A DNA stretch of 64,000 nt from Omnitrophica WOR_2 bacterium RIFOXYA2_FULL_38_17 (GTDB lineage: Bacteria > Omnitrophota > Gorgyraeia > Zapsychrales > Zapsychraceae): assembly GCA_001805965.1 (NCBI GenBank), contig MHHG01000012.1, positions 220 through 64,219 on the forward strand, read 5' to 3'. Positions within the stretch are counted from its first letter, which is position 1, and each line of letters begins with the position of its first letter. Positions 39,053 through 48,883 of this stretch are shown one piece after another. The position numbers were made by a program, and so were the translations under genes. The notes beneath the pieces are model-generated. The model was not told where the DNA came from, did no database searches, and saw only the letters and a program-made list of their open reading frames with translations.

Positions 39053-40759
39053 TTAAAGCCCCAAGATTTCTTTATAGAGATTAACTTCATTTACATTAGT
39101 GTCCTTGCATAATAAAGCCTTTTCTATATCACTTTTTGCTTTTTGCTTTTTGTCTAAAGAATAATATGTTAATGCCCTGCTTAAATACGGAGAATAATCA
39201 TCCTGATTAAAGTCTACTGACAAATCAAAGTAGGCCAATGCTTCTTCATATTTATGCATTCTACGATAAGCTTCTCCAACATGACAAAGCACACGATACC
39301 AATTTTGACTAAACTTATTATTGGGCAATACGGTACTTCGGCTATAAGGGTCCTGGCTAAGAAGATTCTTCATAGACTTTTCTGAATATTGAATATTCCA
39401 TAAACTAGCAGGATCCATTAAGAAAAGTGTTTCAAAACACAATAAAGAACGTTCAGAAAACCTGTTATTAGCTTGAATTGAATTAATTACAGCATGAAAG
39501 GTGATTCTTTCCCAATTCATATGGTTTTCTGCAATATCTTTAAATGTTGGCAACTTCACATTAAATGCATAGTCTTCTAACTTTTTCTTAACTGTGTTTG
39601 AATCAAAAAGCTTTGAATAAATATCATTATTCTGAAGAATTGTTTTTATAAGCGCCTTATCCATTACCGGAAAATACTCTTTCCAAACATGACAATGGTC
39701 CCTAAACTGCTCCTTGCCTGTCAAACCATTTTGAGCTGACTTAGTAAATATTTCTTCAAGATCAAGCAATCCTGCGCCTTCTTCTTTAGCTATTTTTTTA
39801 ACAATTTCATTTTTTTTAGTATTTGAAGTATCAGCGACTGCCATGAGATTCTTGGCCAAAGAGTAATTATTCTTTGCCTCAACATGATCATTATTCTTTT
39901 CATGTGCCCTACCAAGAAAATAATACCCTAACATATCTCCAGGATGATCATTAATATAACCATTAAAAACATCTATTGCTTCTGCATAATTCCCATCATC
40001 TAAATAAATCTTACCTTGAATGAACTGACTGTCTACCGGTTCCGGGACATCAACCAAACTACCACTAAAATTCAAAGGCAGAGTAGATAAGACAATTGGA
40101 ACATCATTTTTATTTGCATTAGCAACAATACTCTTTATATTCTTTTCATAATTAAGATAGATCAGTTGAAGCTGGTCAATATTCTCTTCATTTATTTTTT
40201 TATTATTAAACATAATGCTTTTCTTAAAATTGCGATAAAAGGAAAATCGTGCAAGGAACTCATTAAAATAATAAGCAGTTAAATTAATACCTTGTTGATT
40301 AAAATACTCATTATTTCCCGAAATAAGGACTACAAGATCCGGATCATATGACATCATTTCTTTTGCAATAATTTCAACCCTATAACTATCGTAACCCGGC
40401 ATTCCGGCATTAATGATCTCCAGTTTTTTGCCTGGTATTAGGTCAACAGGTAGAGTTATATGCCCCGCCCAATCATAAGTAAATGAACCTCCAATGAAAA
40501 TGATCCTTATTGTATCGTCAGGCTTTTTAACAGAAAACTCTTCATAATCCGAGAAATATTGCCTTTGTGATGAATATACAAAATCCCCACCTTTAAACTT
40601 CTTTTTGTAAAGCTTCTTATAAATATCTCCATATGCATACTTAAAAGAAACATCGTCTCCACCCATGGGAAGCACAAAAGAAGATCGTTTTCCTGATAAA
40701 AAATCAATTGATAGCAGGATAAAGATCGCTGTTAAGATAAATATTATTTGTTTTTTCAT
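39053..40759 (-). CDS. Secreted or periplasmic SGNH-hydrolase domain protein with C-terminal TPR repeats (paralog 1)
   Basis: 568 aa with N-terminal signal anchor MKKQIIFILTAIFILLSIDFL. SGNH blocks are FIGGSFT (Ser), NAGMPGYDS (Gly), ISGNNEY (Asn) and RDHCHVW (DxxH), followed by TPR-like helical repeats. Confidence 0.6.
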   Translation of the reverse strand: MKKQIIFILTAIFILLSIDFLSGKRSSFVLPMGGDDVSFKYAYGDIYKKLYKKKFKGGDFVYSSQRQYFSDYEEFSVKKPDDTIRIIFIGGSFTYDWAGHITLPVDLIPGKKLEIINAGMPGYDSYRVEIIAKEMMSYDPDLVVLISGNNEYFNQQGINLTAYYFNEFLARFSFYRNFKKSIMFNNKKINEENIDQLQLIYLNYEKNIKSIVANANKNDVPIVLSTLPLNFSGSLVDVPEPVDSQFIQGKIYLDDGNYAEAIDVFNGYINDHPGDMLGYYFLGRAHEKNNDHVEAKNNYSLAKNLMAVADTSNTKKNEIVKKIAKEEGAGLLDLEEIFTKSAQNGLTGKEQFRDHCHVWKEYFPVMDKALIKTILQNNDIYSKLFDSNTVKKKLEDYAFNVKLPTFKDIAENHMNWERITFHAVINSIQANNRFSERSLLCFETLFLMDPASLWNIQYSEKSMKNLLSQDPYSRSTVLPNNKFSQNWYRVLCHVGEAYRRMHKYEEALAYFDLSVDFNQDDYSPYLSRALTYYSLDKKQKAKSDIEKALLCKDTNVNEVNLYKEILGL

Positions 40760-40786
40760 TTAAAATTATATTATGAGCAGGTTGTT

Positions 40787-42508
40787 TCAATTAGCAAGAT
40801 TGATTGTTTTAAGTATAATATCTTTGTAATATTGGACTTCTGATAAGTTTTCATTCGCATTTTCTTTAGCTTTTTCAATATTCTTTAAAACTTCATTATG
40901 ATTACCTTGGGAACAATTAAGCAAGGCCTTTCCTAAATACGGCAGATAGCTATCTTTATCCAGTTCAATTGCTTTATCATAATACACATCGGCTTCTTTA
41001 TATAAGTTCATTCTTCGATATGTTTCAGCTATATGATTAATCACTTTCGGCCATTTGCTGTCGAATGAATTTTTAAAAATTATATTATTAACATATTTGT
41101 TTTCAAGCAAATCCCTTTCAATAGAATCTTTTGAGAATTGAATATTCCACAAATATTCCGGATTCATTAAATAAAGAGTCTTAAAGTTATAAAGCGCCCT
41201 TTCAGAATAACCACTAACGGCTTCAATAGCATTAAATGCAGCTTGTTCAATCCTATTACTTATATAATCTTCATTTTTTCCCAATTCCTTTAATGAAGGT
41301 GCCTGAAACGGTTCATTCGAATACGGGATCATTTTATCATTCTTATCCGAACCAAATATTCTTAAATAATCTGAAGTATTGTTCGTAAACTCTTTGATTA
41401 GTGCCTTATCAAACAATTGATAATACTCATCCCAGATGTGACAATGGTCATTAAACTGCTCTCGTCCTGTTATGTCATTTTTAGCTGTTCTCATAACTAT
41501 TGACTCCAAATCAATAAATCCAGTGTCTTCTTCTCTGCTTATTTTACGAATTACTTTATTTCTGCTTGGAGTAACATAATCATCATCGGAAAACTCAACC
41601 GACTTTAAATAGTTCTCTTTGGCTTCTTTATAATCTTTAAGTTCTTCATAAACCTGACCCAAATAATAATACCCATAAATATTTTCAGGATTTCTGCTAT
41701 TAAAATATCTTAGATATTTTATAGCATCAGAATATTTCTTGTTTTCAAACGATAGCTTACCCAGCAAAAAATAATTATCAGATGGTAGCATTAGTGACGA
41801 CATACCATGCAAATTCATTGGCAGTGTACAAAGAATCAAAGGGACTCTTTTACTCCTTGCGCTTCGCACAATAGAACGTAGATTCTTCTCAAAGTAATCA
41901 AGCGTCTTTTCCCTGTCCTTATGATATTTATTTGCATATCTTGATATCAAATGATTAATACTGTTTTTTAAATAATAATAAAGATGATACCTTAGAAAAT
42001 ATTTATTCAGTTTATAAGCAGTTAAATTGAAACCTTGCTGATTGTAATATTCATTATTCCCAGTTAAAACCACAATTGCATCAGGCTCATAGGACAAAAG
42101 CTCTTGCGCAATTAACTTAACTCTATAACTATCATATCCTGGCATTCCTACATTTATAATTTCAAGCTTTTTCCCGATAACAATGTCCTCATCTATTGAT
42201 ATTGCATCTTCCCAACCATGAGCTACTGAACCACCAATAATGAATATTCTTATTACATTTGGGTCTTTTTTAACTGTAAATTCTTGATATTGCTCATAAT
42301 ATTGTCTTTGAGAAACATACATTTCTTTCTCGCCGTTTAAAACTTTTTTGTACAAATTTTTATAGATATCTTCATATTCATATTTAAATGAAGGTTGTTC
42401 TTCTTTAATAACTTGAGCAGGACCATATTTTATTTGCTTAAAGGATTCAATAGCTATCAGTGGAAATAAAAATAAAATCAGCAGGAATAATATAAATATA
42501 TATTTCAT
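40787..42508 (-). CDS. Secreted or periplasmic SGNH-hydrolase domain protein with C-terminal TPR repeats (paralog 2)
   Basis: 573 aa with the same architecture as the upstream paralog: FIIGGSVAHGW, NVGMPGYDSYRV, LTGNNEYYNQ, NDHCHIWDEY, then TPRs. The two share roughly 40-50% identity by eye. Confidence 0.6.
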   Translation of the reverse strand: MKYIFILFLLILFLFPLIAIESFKQIKYGPAQVIKEEQPSFKYEYEDIYKNLYKKVLNGEKEMYVSQRQYYEQYQEFTVKKDPNVIRIFIIGGSVAHGWEDAISIDEDIVIGKKLEIINVGMPGYDSYRVKLIAQELLSYEPDAIVVLTGNNEYYNQQGFNLTAYKLNKYFLRYHLYYYLKNSINHLISRYANKYHKDREKTLDYFEKNLRSIVRSARSKRVPLILCTLPMNLHGMSSLMLPSDNYFLLGKLSFENKKYSDAIKYLRYFNSRNPENIYGYYYLGQVYEELKDYKEAKENYLKSVEFSDDDYVTPSRNKVIRKISREEDTGFIDLESIVMRTAKNDITGREQFNDHCHIWDEYYQLFDKALIKEFTNNTSDYLRIFGSDKNDKMIPYSNEPFQAPSLKELGKNEDYISNRIEQAAFNAIEAVSGYSERALYNFKTLYLMNPEYLWNIQFSKDSIERDLLENKYVNNIIFKNSFDSKWPKVINHIAETYRRMNLYKEADVYYDKAIELDKDSYLPYLGKALLNCSQGNHNEVLKNIEKAKENANENLSEVQYYKDIILKTINLAN

Positions 42509-42527
42509 AATTATTAGCGGTCTTAAA

Positions 42528-43940
42528 CTATTTATTTACAAGATATCTTGCAACAAAACGCTGGGTTAAAATTAACCAGCTTGTAGATAATATTTTATCC
42601 AAAGCATTAACTGCCTGGTCCAGCTCTTCTTTCTTTATGATATATGGCGGCGAAAAAACAATAAGATTACGCCTTGTAAATCCCAGATAAGACAAAATAT
42701 TATGCGCATGGAACAATTCAGACAAGACTATCGCACCGGTTAATGCAAGAAGTGATGATAGCTTATCGGGAAAGAACCTTTTTATTATCGGTTCAATTTG
42801 GTTTGCTGCAGGCTCAAGCTCTACGCCCCATAAAAGGCCCCTACCGCGCACATCAAGAATTCTTTTAGGATGTTTTTCTTTGAGCTCTTTTAAACGCATT
42901 TCAAGATATGCACCCAATTCGCGCGCTCTTTCAACCAAATTTTCATCTTTTATAATATTAACCGCCTCAATTGCAGTTGCACATTCCTCACCCATTCCAC
43001 TAAATGTAGATGAATGTATCATTGAATCGCCTGATTTACCATATGCCTGCAAAAATACCGGCTTTCTTGCTGTAATCCCAGCGATAGATGCTTTTCCCCC
43101 GCCGAAAGACTTAGAATAACAAACAATATCTGGCACAATATTGTCTGCTTCAAATGCAAACCAATAACCTGTTCTGCCAAAACCGATATAGATCTCGTCC
43201 ATAATCAGAAGAACATCATATTTTGTACATAATTCACGAACTTTCTTCAGATAACCTTCAGGGGGAAATATTATTCTAGTACCATGAATTGCTTCTAAAA
43301 CAAATGCACATATATCAGGTTTATTATTTTCTATGGATTTAGAGCGAAATAATTCTTCCAAAGCATCACTATCACCATAAGGGACCTGATAGCATTTATC
43401 TAATAATTGAAAATTATGACGGTGCTCTTCCATACTTGATACCGACATTGACCCATATGATTTGCCATGAAAAGAACGATCCGTATAAGCCAATCCCAAC
43501 CTGTTTTTCCCACCATATTTCTGGGCCAATTTCAATGCCGATTCAATAGCCTCTGCGCCACTACCGCAAAAGTAGGAATACTGCAGATCGCCAGGAAGCA
43601 ATGATGCCATGTTAGCAGCTAGAGCAGCCATATATGGGGAAACAAGGGCTTTACAGACCTCCATTCTTTTATTTTCAGCAAATTTCCGCCTTACTTCAAG
43701 AATTCTTGGATGATTATGGCCTAATCCAAGAACACAGCTACCGCCTGTCATATCAAGAATTTTACGCCCATCATTAAGAGTTATATAAACACCTTCAGCA
43801 GAAACGCTACAGGGGGTATCAAATCTTAATATTTTAAGCAATTTTATCATGCCCGGATTAACATAATCTTCCATTAAGGTTATTTTTTCTTTTGATGTCA
43901 TATTTTCAACATCTGAGACTTTAAACCAAGTTCTATTCAT
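42528..43940 (-). CDS. Class III (PLP-dependent) aminotransferase
   Basis: 470 aa with GGSCVLGLGHNHP, LIMDEIYIGFGRTGYWFAFE and the Schiff-base lysine region YSKSFGGG. Confidence 0.8.
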   Translation of the reverse strand: MNRTWFKVSDVENMTSKEKITLMEDYVNPGMIKLLKILRFDTPCSVSAEGVYITLNDGRKILDMTGGSCVLGLGHNHPRILEVRRKFAENKRMEVCKALVSPYMAALAANMASLLPGDLQYSYFCGSGAEAIESALKLAQKYGGKNRLGLAYTDRSFHGKSYGSMSVSSMEEHRHNFQLLDKCYQVPYGDSDALEELFRSKSIENNKPDICAFVLEAIHGTRIIFPPEGYLKKVRELCTKYDVLLIMDEIYIGFGRTGYWFAFEADNIVPDIVCYSKSFGGGKASIAGITARKPVFLQAYGKSGDSMIHSSTFSGMGEECATAIEAVNIIKDENLVERARELGAYLEMRLKELKEKHPKRILDVRGRGLLWGVELEPAANQIEPIIKRFFPDKLSSLLALTGAIVLSELFHAHNILSYLGFTRRNLIVFSPPYIIKKEELDQAVNALDKILSTSWLILTQRFVARYLVNK

Positions 43941-44983
43941 ACATCCCCCTTAATAGCTTTTTTAATATAGTTCAGCCATACTTCTGGATCTAAATTAAAA
44001 AATAGATTTCTATCAATATATGCAGGGATATAGCACCCCAAACATCCATTTCTTTTTAATTTTAAAATCGAATTCCTCAAGCCATCTTTATGCACATTTA
44101 ATTCCGGCCTTCCCCAAAAATTACAGCAAGGATAAACGCTTCCATCACTATCGATAAAAACAACAAAATCCCCATGAATGCACTTTGTCTTTTTTAAAAC
44201 TTGTGAATTATCGTCTGCATAAGCCATTCTCTTTTTATAGGAAAAAGGCCAACTTGCAGCAATCTCATAACTCTTTTCTGTAAATTGAATTGGATATCCC
44301 CTTTTTTTACATATTAAAATATGTTGAAAAAGAGCTCTCATATGATCATTACTTATCTCATGAGGCTTTGCATCGATTGATTTGACGCTTGAAATAAATT
44401 CGAATGAAGGCGAGAAATTAACTGATAGCTTATTATCCATTGCAAAATTACTCAGCCACTCAATATCATTAACTGTAGTTTCTTGTGTTAGAACAGAGCT
44501 GAGCCTTACTGCTAGCCCCAAAGATCGGGCCATTTTGATCCCTTCAACAACTTTATCAAATGTCCCTTCCCCGCAATTTCTTTCATGCGCTTCTTTTGGC
44601 CCGTCTAAACTTATACAAATTTTATCTAAAAGTTTGATTGTTTCAAAATTTTGGTTTATCAGGATACCATTAGTGACAAGGTCACATATCATCCCACATT
44701 TCCTGGCTTCTTCGATAATAGTTCTCAAGTCATCTCTAAGCAAGGGCTCGCCTCCTTGCAGCTGTAAGATCTTTGTGCCCATCTTCCGGAGAGTTTTGAT
44801 CATTAGAAGAATTTCTTCCGTTGAAAAATCCTTCCAATTATTTCTTTGGTCATGCTGGCCATAGCAATACCAACACTTCAGATTACACTTATTTGTAACA
44901 CATAAAATAACAATCAATGGCACTTTCTTTGATTTTATTTTTGCAAAGACCAAATTTAAAACAAATTTTAGGTATCTAAGCAT
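43937..44983 (-). CDS. Radical SAM enzyme with SPASM/twitch-like C-terminal Cys cluster
   Basis: 348 aa with CVTNKCNLKCWYC (Cx3Cx2C) and a C-terminal CIHGD...PCCNFW...GCLGC motif. Confidence 0.75.
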   Translation of the reverse strand: MLRYLKFVLNLVFAKIKSKKVPLIVILCVTNKCNLKCWYCYGQHDQRNNWKDFSTEEILLMIKTLRKMGTKILQLQGGEPLLRDDLRTIIEEARKCGMICDLVTNGILINQNFETIKLLDKICISLDGPKEAHERNCGEGTFDKVVEGIKMARSLGLAVRLSSVLTQETTVNDIEWLSNFAMDNKLSVNFSPSFEFISSVKSIDAKPHEISNDHMRALFQHILICKKRGYPIQFTEKSYEIAASWPFSYKKRMAYADDNSQVLKKTKCIHGDFVVFIDSDGSVYPCCNFWGRPELNVHKDGLRNSILKLKRNGCLGCYIPAYIDRNLFFNLDPEVWLNYIKKAIKGDV

Positions 44984-45016
44984 AATTTAACGCGTTAATT
45001 ACTTTTTAAAAATCTA

Positions 45017-45709
45017 TTATTTTTTATATATATAAGATATATCTTTACACATCCTTAAAATGGAAGTTAGGCTCAGAGCTTTTGATTTTCCAGAATTTCT
45101 ACCTCTTAATGGTGCTGAAAGCTCAACTACCTCACATCCGATCCTGACTGAATGTATTATGCTTTCTGCACTAAATGCAAAACCTTTAGCAGCTAAAGAA
45201 ACCGACTTTAACACTTTAACTGGAAATACAGTTAAGCCATTGTAGTATTTAAGATCCATTCCAAAACTTTTGTTTAATATCCATGTATATAAACGAGAGA
45301 TCATTTTGCGGAATCCAGGCCTTCCGTCATGCTCTAGATGGTGAGAAGTTACGACACGATCATTCTTCAAATATGGCACACAGTCTGCCAGCTCTTTTGC
45401 ATAATTCTCATGATCTGACGGGAACCATGTAAAATATTCATATTCAGCAACAGCTAGTGCATCCCTGTAGCTAGTTCCTATGCCTTGGTTCTTAATGTGG
45501 CGAATAACTTTTATTTGCTTGTTATTTTCAGACAGTTTGGTAGCTATCCTTAAAGTAGAATCAACACTGGCATCATCAACAATAATGATCTCAAACATGG
45601 CCACGGCTTCAGTCAATACATCCATCAGGTCATTTACTGCTTCTTCAATATTTTCCTCTTCATTAAAAGCTGGGACGCAAACTGAAAGATTTATGGCTCT
45701 TTTGCTCAT
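45017..45709 (-). CDS. GT2-family glycosyltransferase (polyprenyl-phosphate sugar transferase, DPM1/ArnC-like)
   Basis: 230 aa with the N-terminal motif LSVCVPAFNEEENI...IIIVDDASVDST and a later DxD-type region. Confidence 0.75.
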   Translation of the reverse strand: MSKRAINLSVCVPAFNEEENIEEAVNDLMDVLTEAVAMFEIIIVDDASVDSTLRIATKLSENNKQIKVIRHIKNQGIGTSYRDALAVAEYEYFTWFPSDHENYAKELADCVPYLKNDRVVTSHHLEHDGRPGFRKMISRLYTWILNKSFGMDLKYYNGLTVFPVKVLKSVSLAAKGFAFSAESIIHSVRIGCEVVELSAPLRGRNSGKSKALSLTSILRMCKDISYIYKK

Positions 45710-45725
45710 TTAAATTAATGCCTCT

Positions 45726-46790
45726 CTAAATAAAATTAGTATGGCTGTCAGGATTCTTCAATTCCCACAAGTAGCGGTTGATCTCATCCATTCGGCATGA
45801 TTTTCTGCAAACTTTAAGTCCAAATTCTTTTGATATTTTATTAACTACATTTTTTCTCTTTTCTCCAGCCCAAATCTCTTCAAACCCCTCCTGATAAATA
45901 TTCCCATAAGCATACTGCTCATTTCCTACGAACGTGTTACATGGATATATGTTTCCTGAGGCAGCAACATGTGTAATAAATGACAATCCATAGCAACGAT
46001 CATAAGTCTTTTCTTCTTTGATATTATTTATTGCATGCGCTCTTAAAATCACATCAAATCTATTTTCTGAATACTGCTTCAAATCGTTTTCCAAGATAGC
46101 CATCTCAGCAGAGCTAATATCATTTTCCATTTTATTCTCGCTTAAAGGATGTTGAGAATATGGTTTGATAGCCAAATAATCAACCCCTATATTTTTTAAA
46201 ATTTTGACAAGCGGGACTAATTCTTTAATATTATTTTGCAAAAGCAAAAATTGAACACCAATTGTGCATGCATAATTTTTATCTTTCTTTAATTTGACAG
46301 CATATTCAAGATTCTTCATGACTTTCTCAAGATCCCAAGGAACAGTTCCATGAATTTCCGAATATGCTTCTTTAGTACCTGCGTTTAAACTAACCCTTAT
46401 CCATGTTAAATTTGGCAACAGGTCGTTAGCTGCTACCTCATCGAGCAAAACTCCATTTGTAGATAGTGCTGCGTCAATTTTATTCTGCTTGGTAAATGCA
46501 ATAATTTCATTAGCTTTATCATGCAAAAGAGGCTCCCCTTCACCAGAATAAAGCACAGATTTAATTCCTTTTTTTGAAAGCTCAACCAAAAGTTTCTTTG
46601 CAATGTTTTCATCTAGAATATCAGTATTCTTATCCAAGTAATCAAAAGCACAAAAAACACATTTATGATTACACCCGCCATTAAGCCCTATCTCAACATA
46701 AACTGGATAAACATCCTCCCCATTAAGCCATTGATTAACTCTAGAAACATGATACATAAGCTTGTGACTGTCGATTTTATATTTATCCAT
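45726..46790 (-). CDS. Radical SAM enzyme (paralog family A), SPASM-like C-terminus
   Basis: 354 aa with VEIGLNGGCNHKCVFCAF. The C-terminus has Cys residues and ends ...NFI, like its neighbour. Confidence 0.75.
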   Translation of the reverse strand: MDKYKIDSHKLMYHVSRVNQWLNGEDVYPVYVEIGLNGGCNHKCVFCAFDYLDKNTDILDENIAKKLLVELSKKGIKSVLYSGEGEPLLHDKANEIIAFTKQNKIDAALSTNGVLLDEVAANDLLPNLTWIRVSLNAGTKEAYSEIHGTVPWDLEKVMKNLEYAVKLKKDKNYACTIGVQFLLLQNNIKELVPLVKILKNIGVDYLAIKPYSQHPLSENKMENDISSAEMAILENDLKQYSENRFDVILRAHAINNIKEEKTYDRCYGLSFITHVAASGNIYPCNTFVGNEQYAYGNIYQEGFEEIWAGEKRKNVVNKISKEFGLKVCRKSCRMDEINRYLWELKNPDSHTNFI

Positions 46791-46812
46791 ATTTTTAATC
46801 CCAACAGATCAT

Positions 46813-47916
46813 TTAAATAAAATTAATATGTTCCGGAGGAATATTATCCGGCGCATCAAAAGACATTTTATTGTTCTTTAAGTCCCACAGGAACTCATTT
46901 GTCATATGCTGTAAGCATAAAGTACCACAAACCTTTCTAGCATCAAAATCTTTTGAAGCAATTAGGCCCATAACCTCCCAATAGCGGTCGCTCTTCCATA
47001 TCTCCTTAAATGATTTATCAACGATATTTCCTATATGATAATCTTTATATCTTGTGTGAAAAAGACCCCCGCAAGGTGCAACCAAACCAGAACCTGAAAG
47101 CTGCAAAATAAATGGAGGTCCGTAGCACTGGGCATACTTTCTTTTTCCCTCACTTAGCAATTTTGTCCATTTAACTTTTACTAAATAGTCTTGAGCTGAA
47201 TAAGATTCAGCTTCTTTCAGAACATCTTTCAATCCAAGATATTTTGAATAGTCAACACCCAAACTACCAAGGACATCATCACAACAATGCTTAATTACTG
47301 TATAATCGACACCCACTTCTTTACCATAAACTGCAAGAGGAACTATCATTTCAAAGAATTGAGGCATTAAAACCATCTGCAGCCCTATGGTGACTTTCAA
47401 TTTCTGTCTTTTTTTTATCTCAACACACTTCTTTATAGTATTATCAACCTTAAAGAAAGCACTCTCCTTGCAACCCATAATTTTCGAGTATGATATTGGA
47501 TCTGCCGCAGAGATATTGAACCTTAAGTAAGTTAAACAAGGTAGGACCTCTTCCAATCTTTCGTCTTTAAGCAAATATCCGTTTGTGCCTAAGGCGATGT
47601 CCAAACCATTACCCTTGCCTCTTATAATTGCATCATACAAATGTTCAGAGCATGTACTTTCCCCGTCACTGACAAAGCTAACTGCTTTAACTCCAATTTC
47701 AGCAGCATCATCAAGAAATCTAGATATAACATCCTTTGACATTAACTTCTCGTCATTTGCCTGCAATTGGCCATAACAATAAATACATCTATAAGTACAT
47801 CTTCTTGTCAATGCACAATCAACCGTAATAGGAGCGATCCTCTCTCCTCGTAACCACGCATCAACCCTGTCTTTATGCCAATTAAGCTTATGGCCATCTA
47901 ATATCAATTCGCCCAT
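46813..47916 (-). CDS. Radical SAM enzyme (paralog family A), SPASM-like C-terminus
   Basis: 367 aa with VDCALTRRCTYRCIYCYGQ. It has the same N-terminal lead-in (HKLNWHKDRVDAWLRGE versus HKLMYHVSRVNQWLNGE) and C-terminal ...INFI as its neighbour. Confidence 0.75.
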   Translation of the reverse strand: MGELILDGHKLNWHKDRVDAWLRGERIAPITVDCALTRRCTYRCIYCYGQLQANDEKLMSKDVISRFLDDAAEIGVKAVSFVSDGESTCSEHLYDAIIRGKGNGLDIALGTNGYLLKDERLEEVLPCLTYLRFNISAADPISYSKIMGCKESAFFKVDNTIKKCVEIKKRQKLKVTIGLQMVLMPQFFEMIVPLAVYGKEVGVDYTVIKHCCDDVLGSLGVDYSKYLGLKDVLKEAESYSAQDYLVKVKWTKLLSEGKRKYAQCYGPPFILQLSGSGLVAPCGGLFHTRYKDYHIGNIVDKSFKEIWKSDRYWEVMGLIASKDFDARKVCGTLCLQHMTNEFLWDLKNNKMSFDAPDNIPPEHINFI

Positions 47917-48007
47917 AATATTCCCTATAAAGAGCCTTTCCCATAAAATTCTTCTATTTGCTTATCTATTCGCTACTTCAATTAACAAAATACAGAAAGT
48001 CTCCCTT

Positions 48008-48883
48008 TCAATTTGCTTTTACAATATCTTTTATATCAACAGAGCAATGCCCAAATTTTTGGAACCTATTTGTCTTAATTTTCAGATCGCAAGGATTACA
48101 ATCTCCATATTGATCGCAATCCCTGAAAATATCCTCAATATCAAACTCAGGCTCCAAAAGATTGCCTATATGAGGAAAACCTTTGTACAGATCATGATGG
48201 CATCTGTACACCTTACAATCAGGGCCTATTATCAACTCAGTTGTTCTACATTTGCACTTTAACCTTGTCGTACTACCAACAGATCCTTCAAATTTATACA
48301 AGCCCTTTAACTCGCCTTCATGTTGACCTAAAAAATCCTTAACACGAAAATCTATTCCAAATTGCTCACACTTTTCCTTTGTTTCCAAAACATGATCTTT
48401 TGTTAGCGGATGAAGAACACCATATCCTCCAACAGAAAAACCAGCTTTCTGCAAATAAAGTATTTTTTTAATAAAAATATCTGCGCTCATTTGGGTTGAA
48501 TGATAACTGGCTCTTATGCTTGAATAAGGCGCCTCTCTTTTTAATCTGGACGGATTAACTTCTTTTGCAAATTTTTCAACATCAAATGATAAGTTGGTTA
48601 AAATATCAATATTCAGCTGAGTCTCAATATTGTTAATTATTGAAAAGAAATCGGGATGCAAGCTGGGCTCTCCACCTTGAAGAGTAATAGGCAAGTCTCT
48701 TCGTGAAACCAGGCGATTTAAAGCATGGGTCCAATCCTGCCCTGAGATCTGAGGCCATTTATTATCTCGCTTTTCTAACCAATTAATACAATAATCACAG
48801 TTAAAATTACAGTTTAAAGTCAAAAAACAAGCTATATAATTAAATCTTCCCGGAAGATATATTTTCTTTAAGCTCATGTTCAA
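48008..48883 (-). CDS. Radical SAM enzyme with Cys-rich C-terminal domain
   Basis: 291 aa with CFLTLNCNFNCDYCINW. The C-terminus (CKCRT...CHHD...CDQYGDCNPCD...CS) suggests an auxiliary cluster. Confidence 0.65.
   Translation of the reverse strand: MNMSLKKIYLPGRFNYIACFLTLNCNFNCDYCINWLEKRDNKWPQISGQDWTHALNRLVSRRDLPITLQGGEPSLHPDFFSIINNIETQLNIDILTNLSFDVEKFAKEVNPSRLKREAPYSSIRASYHSTQMSADIFIKKILYLQKAGFSVGGYGVLHPLTKDHVLETKEKCEQFGIDFRVKDFLGQHEGELKGLYKFEGSVGSTTRLKCKCRTTELIIGPDCKVYRCHHDLYKGFPHIGNLLEPEFDIEDIFRDCDQYGDCNPCDLKIKTNRFQKFGHCSVDIKDIVKAN

Noticed and set aside
39053-42508. Possibility that the two similar roughly 1.7-kb units are a duplicated mobile element or repeat.
   Set aside because: Similarity is at the protein-paralog level only, with divergent nucleotide sequence. 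There are no inverted or direct terminal repeats, no transposase, and both are in-frame functional-looking genes.
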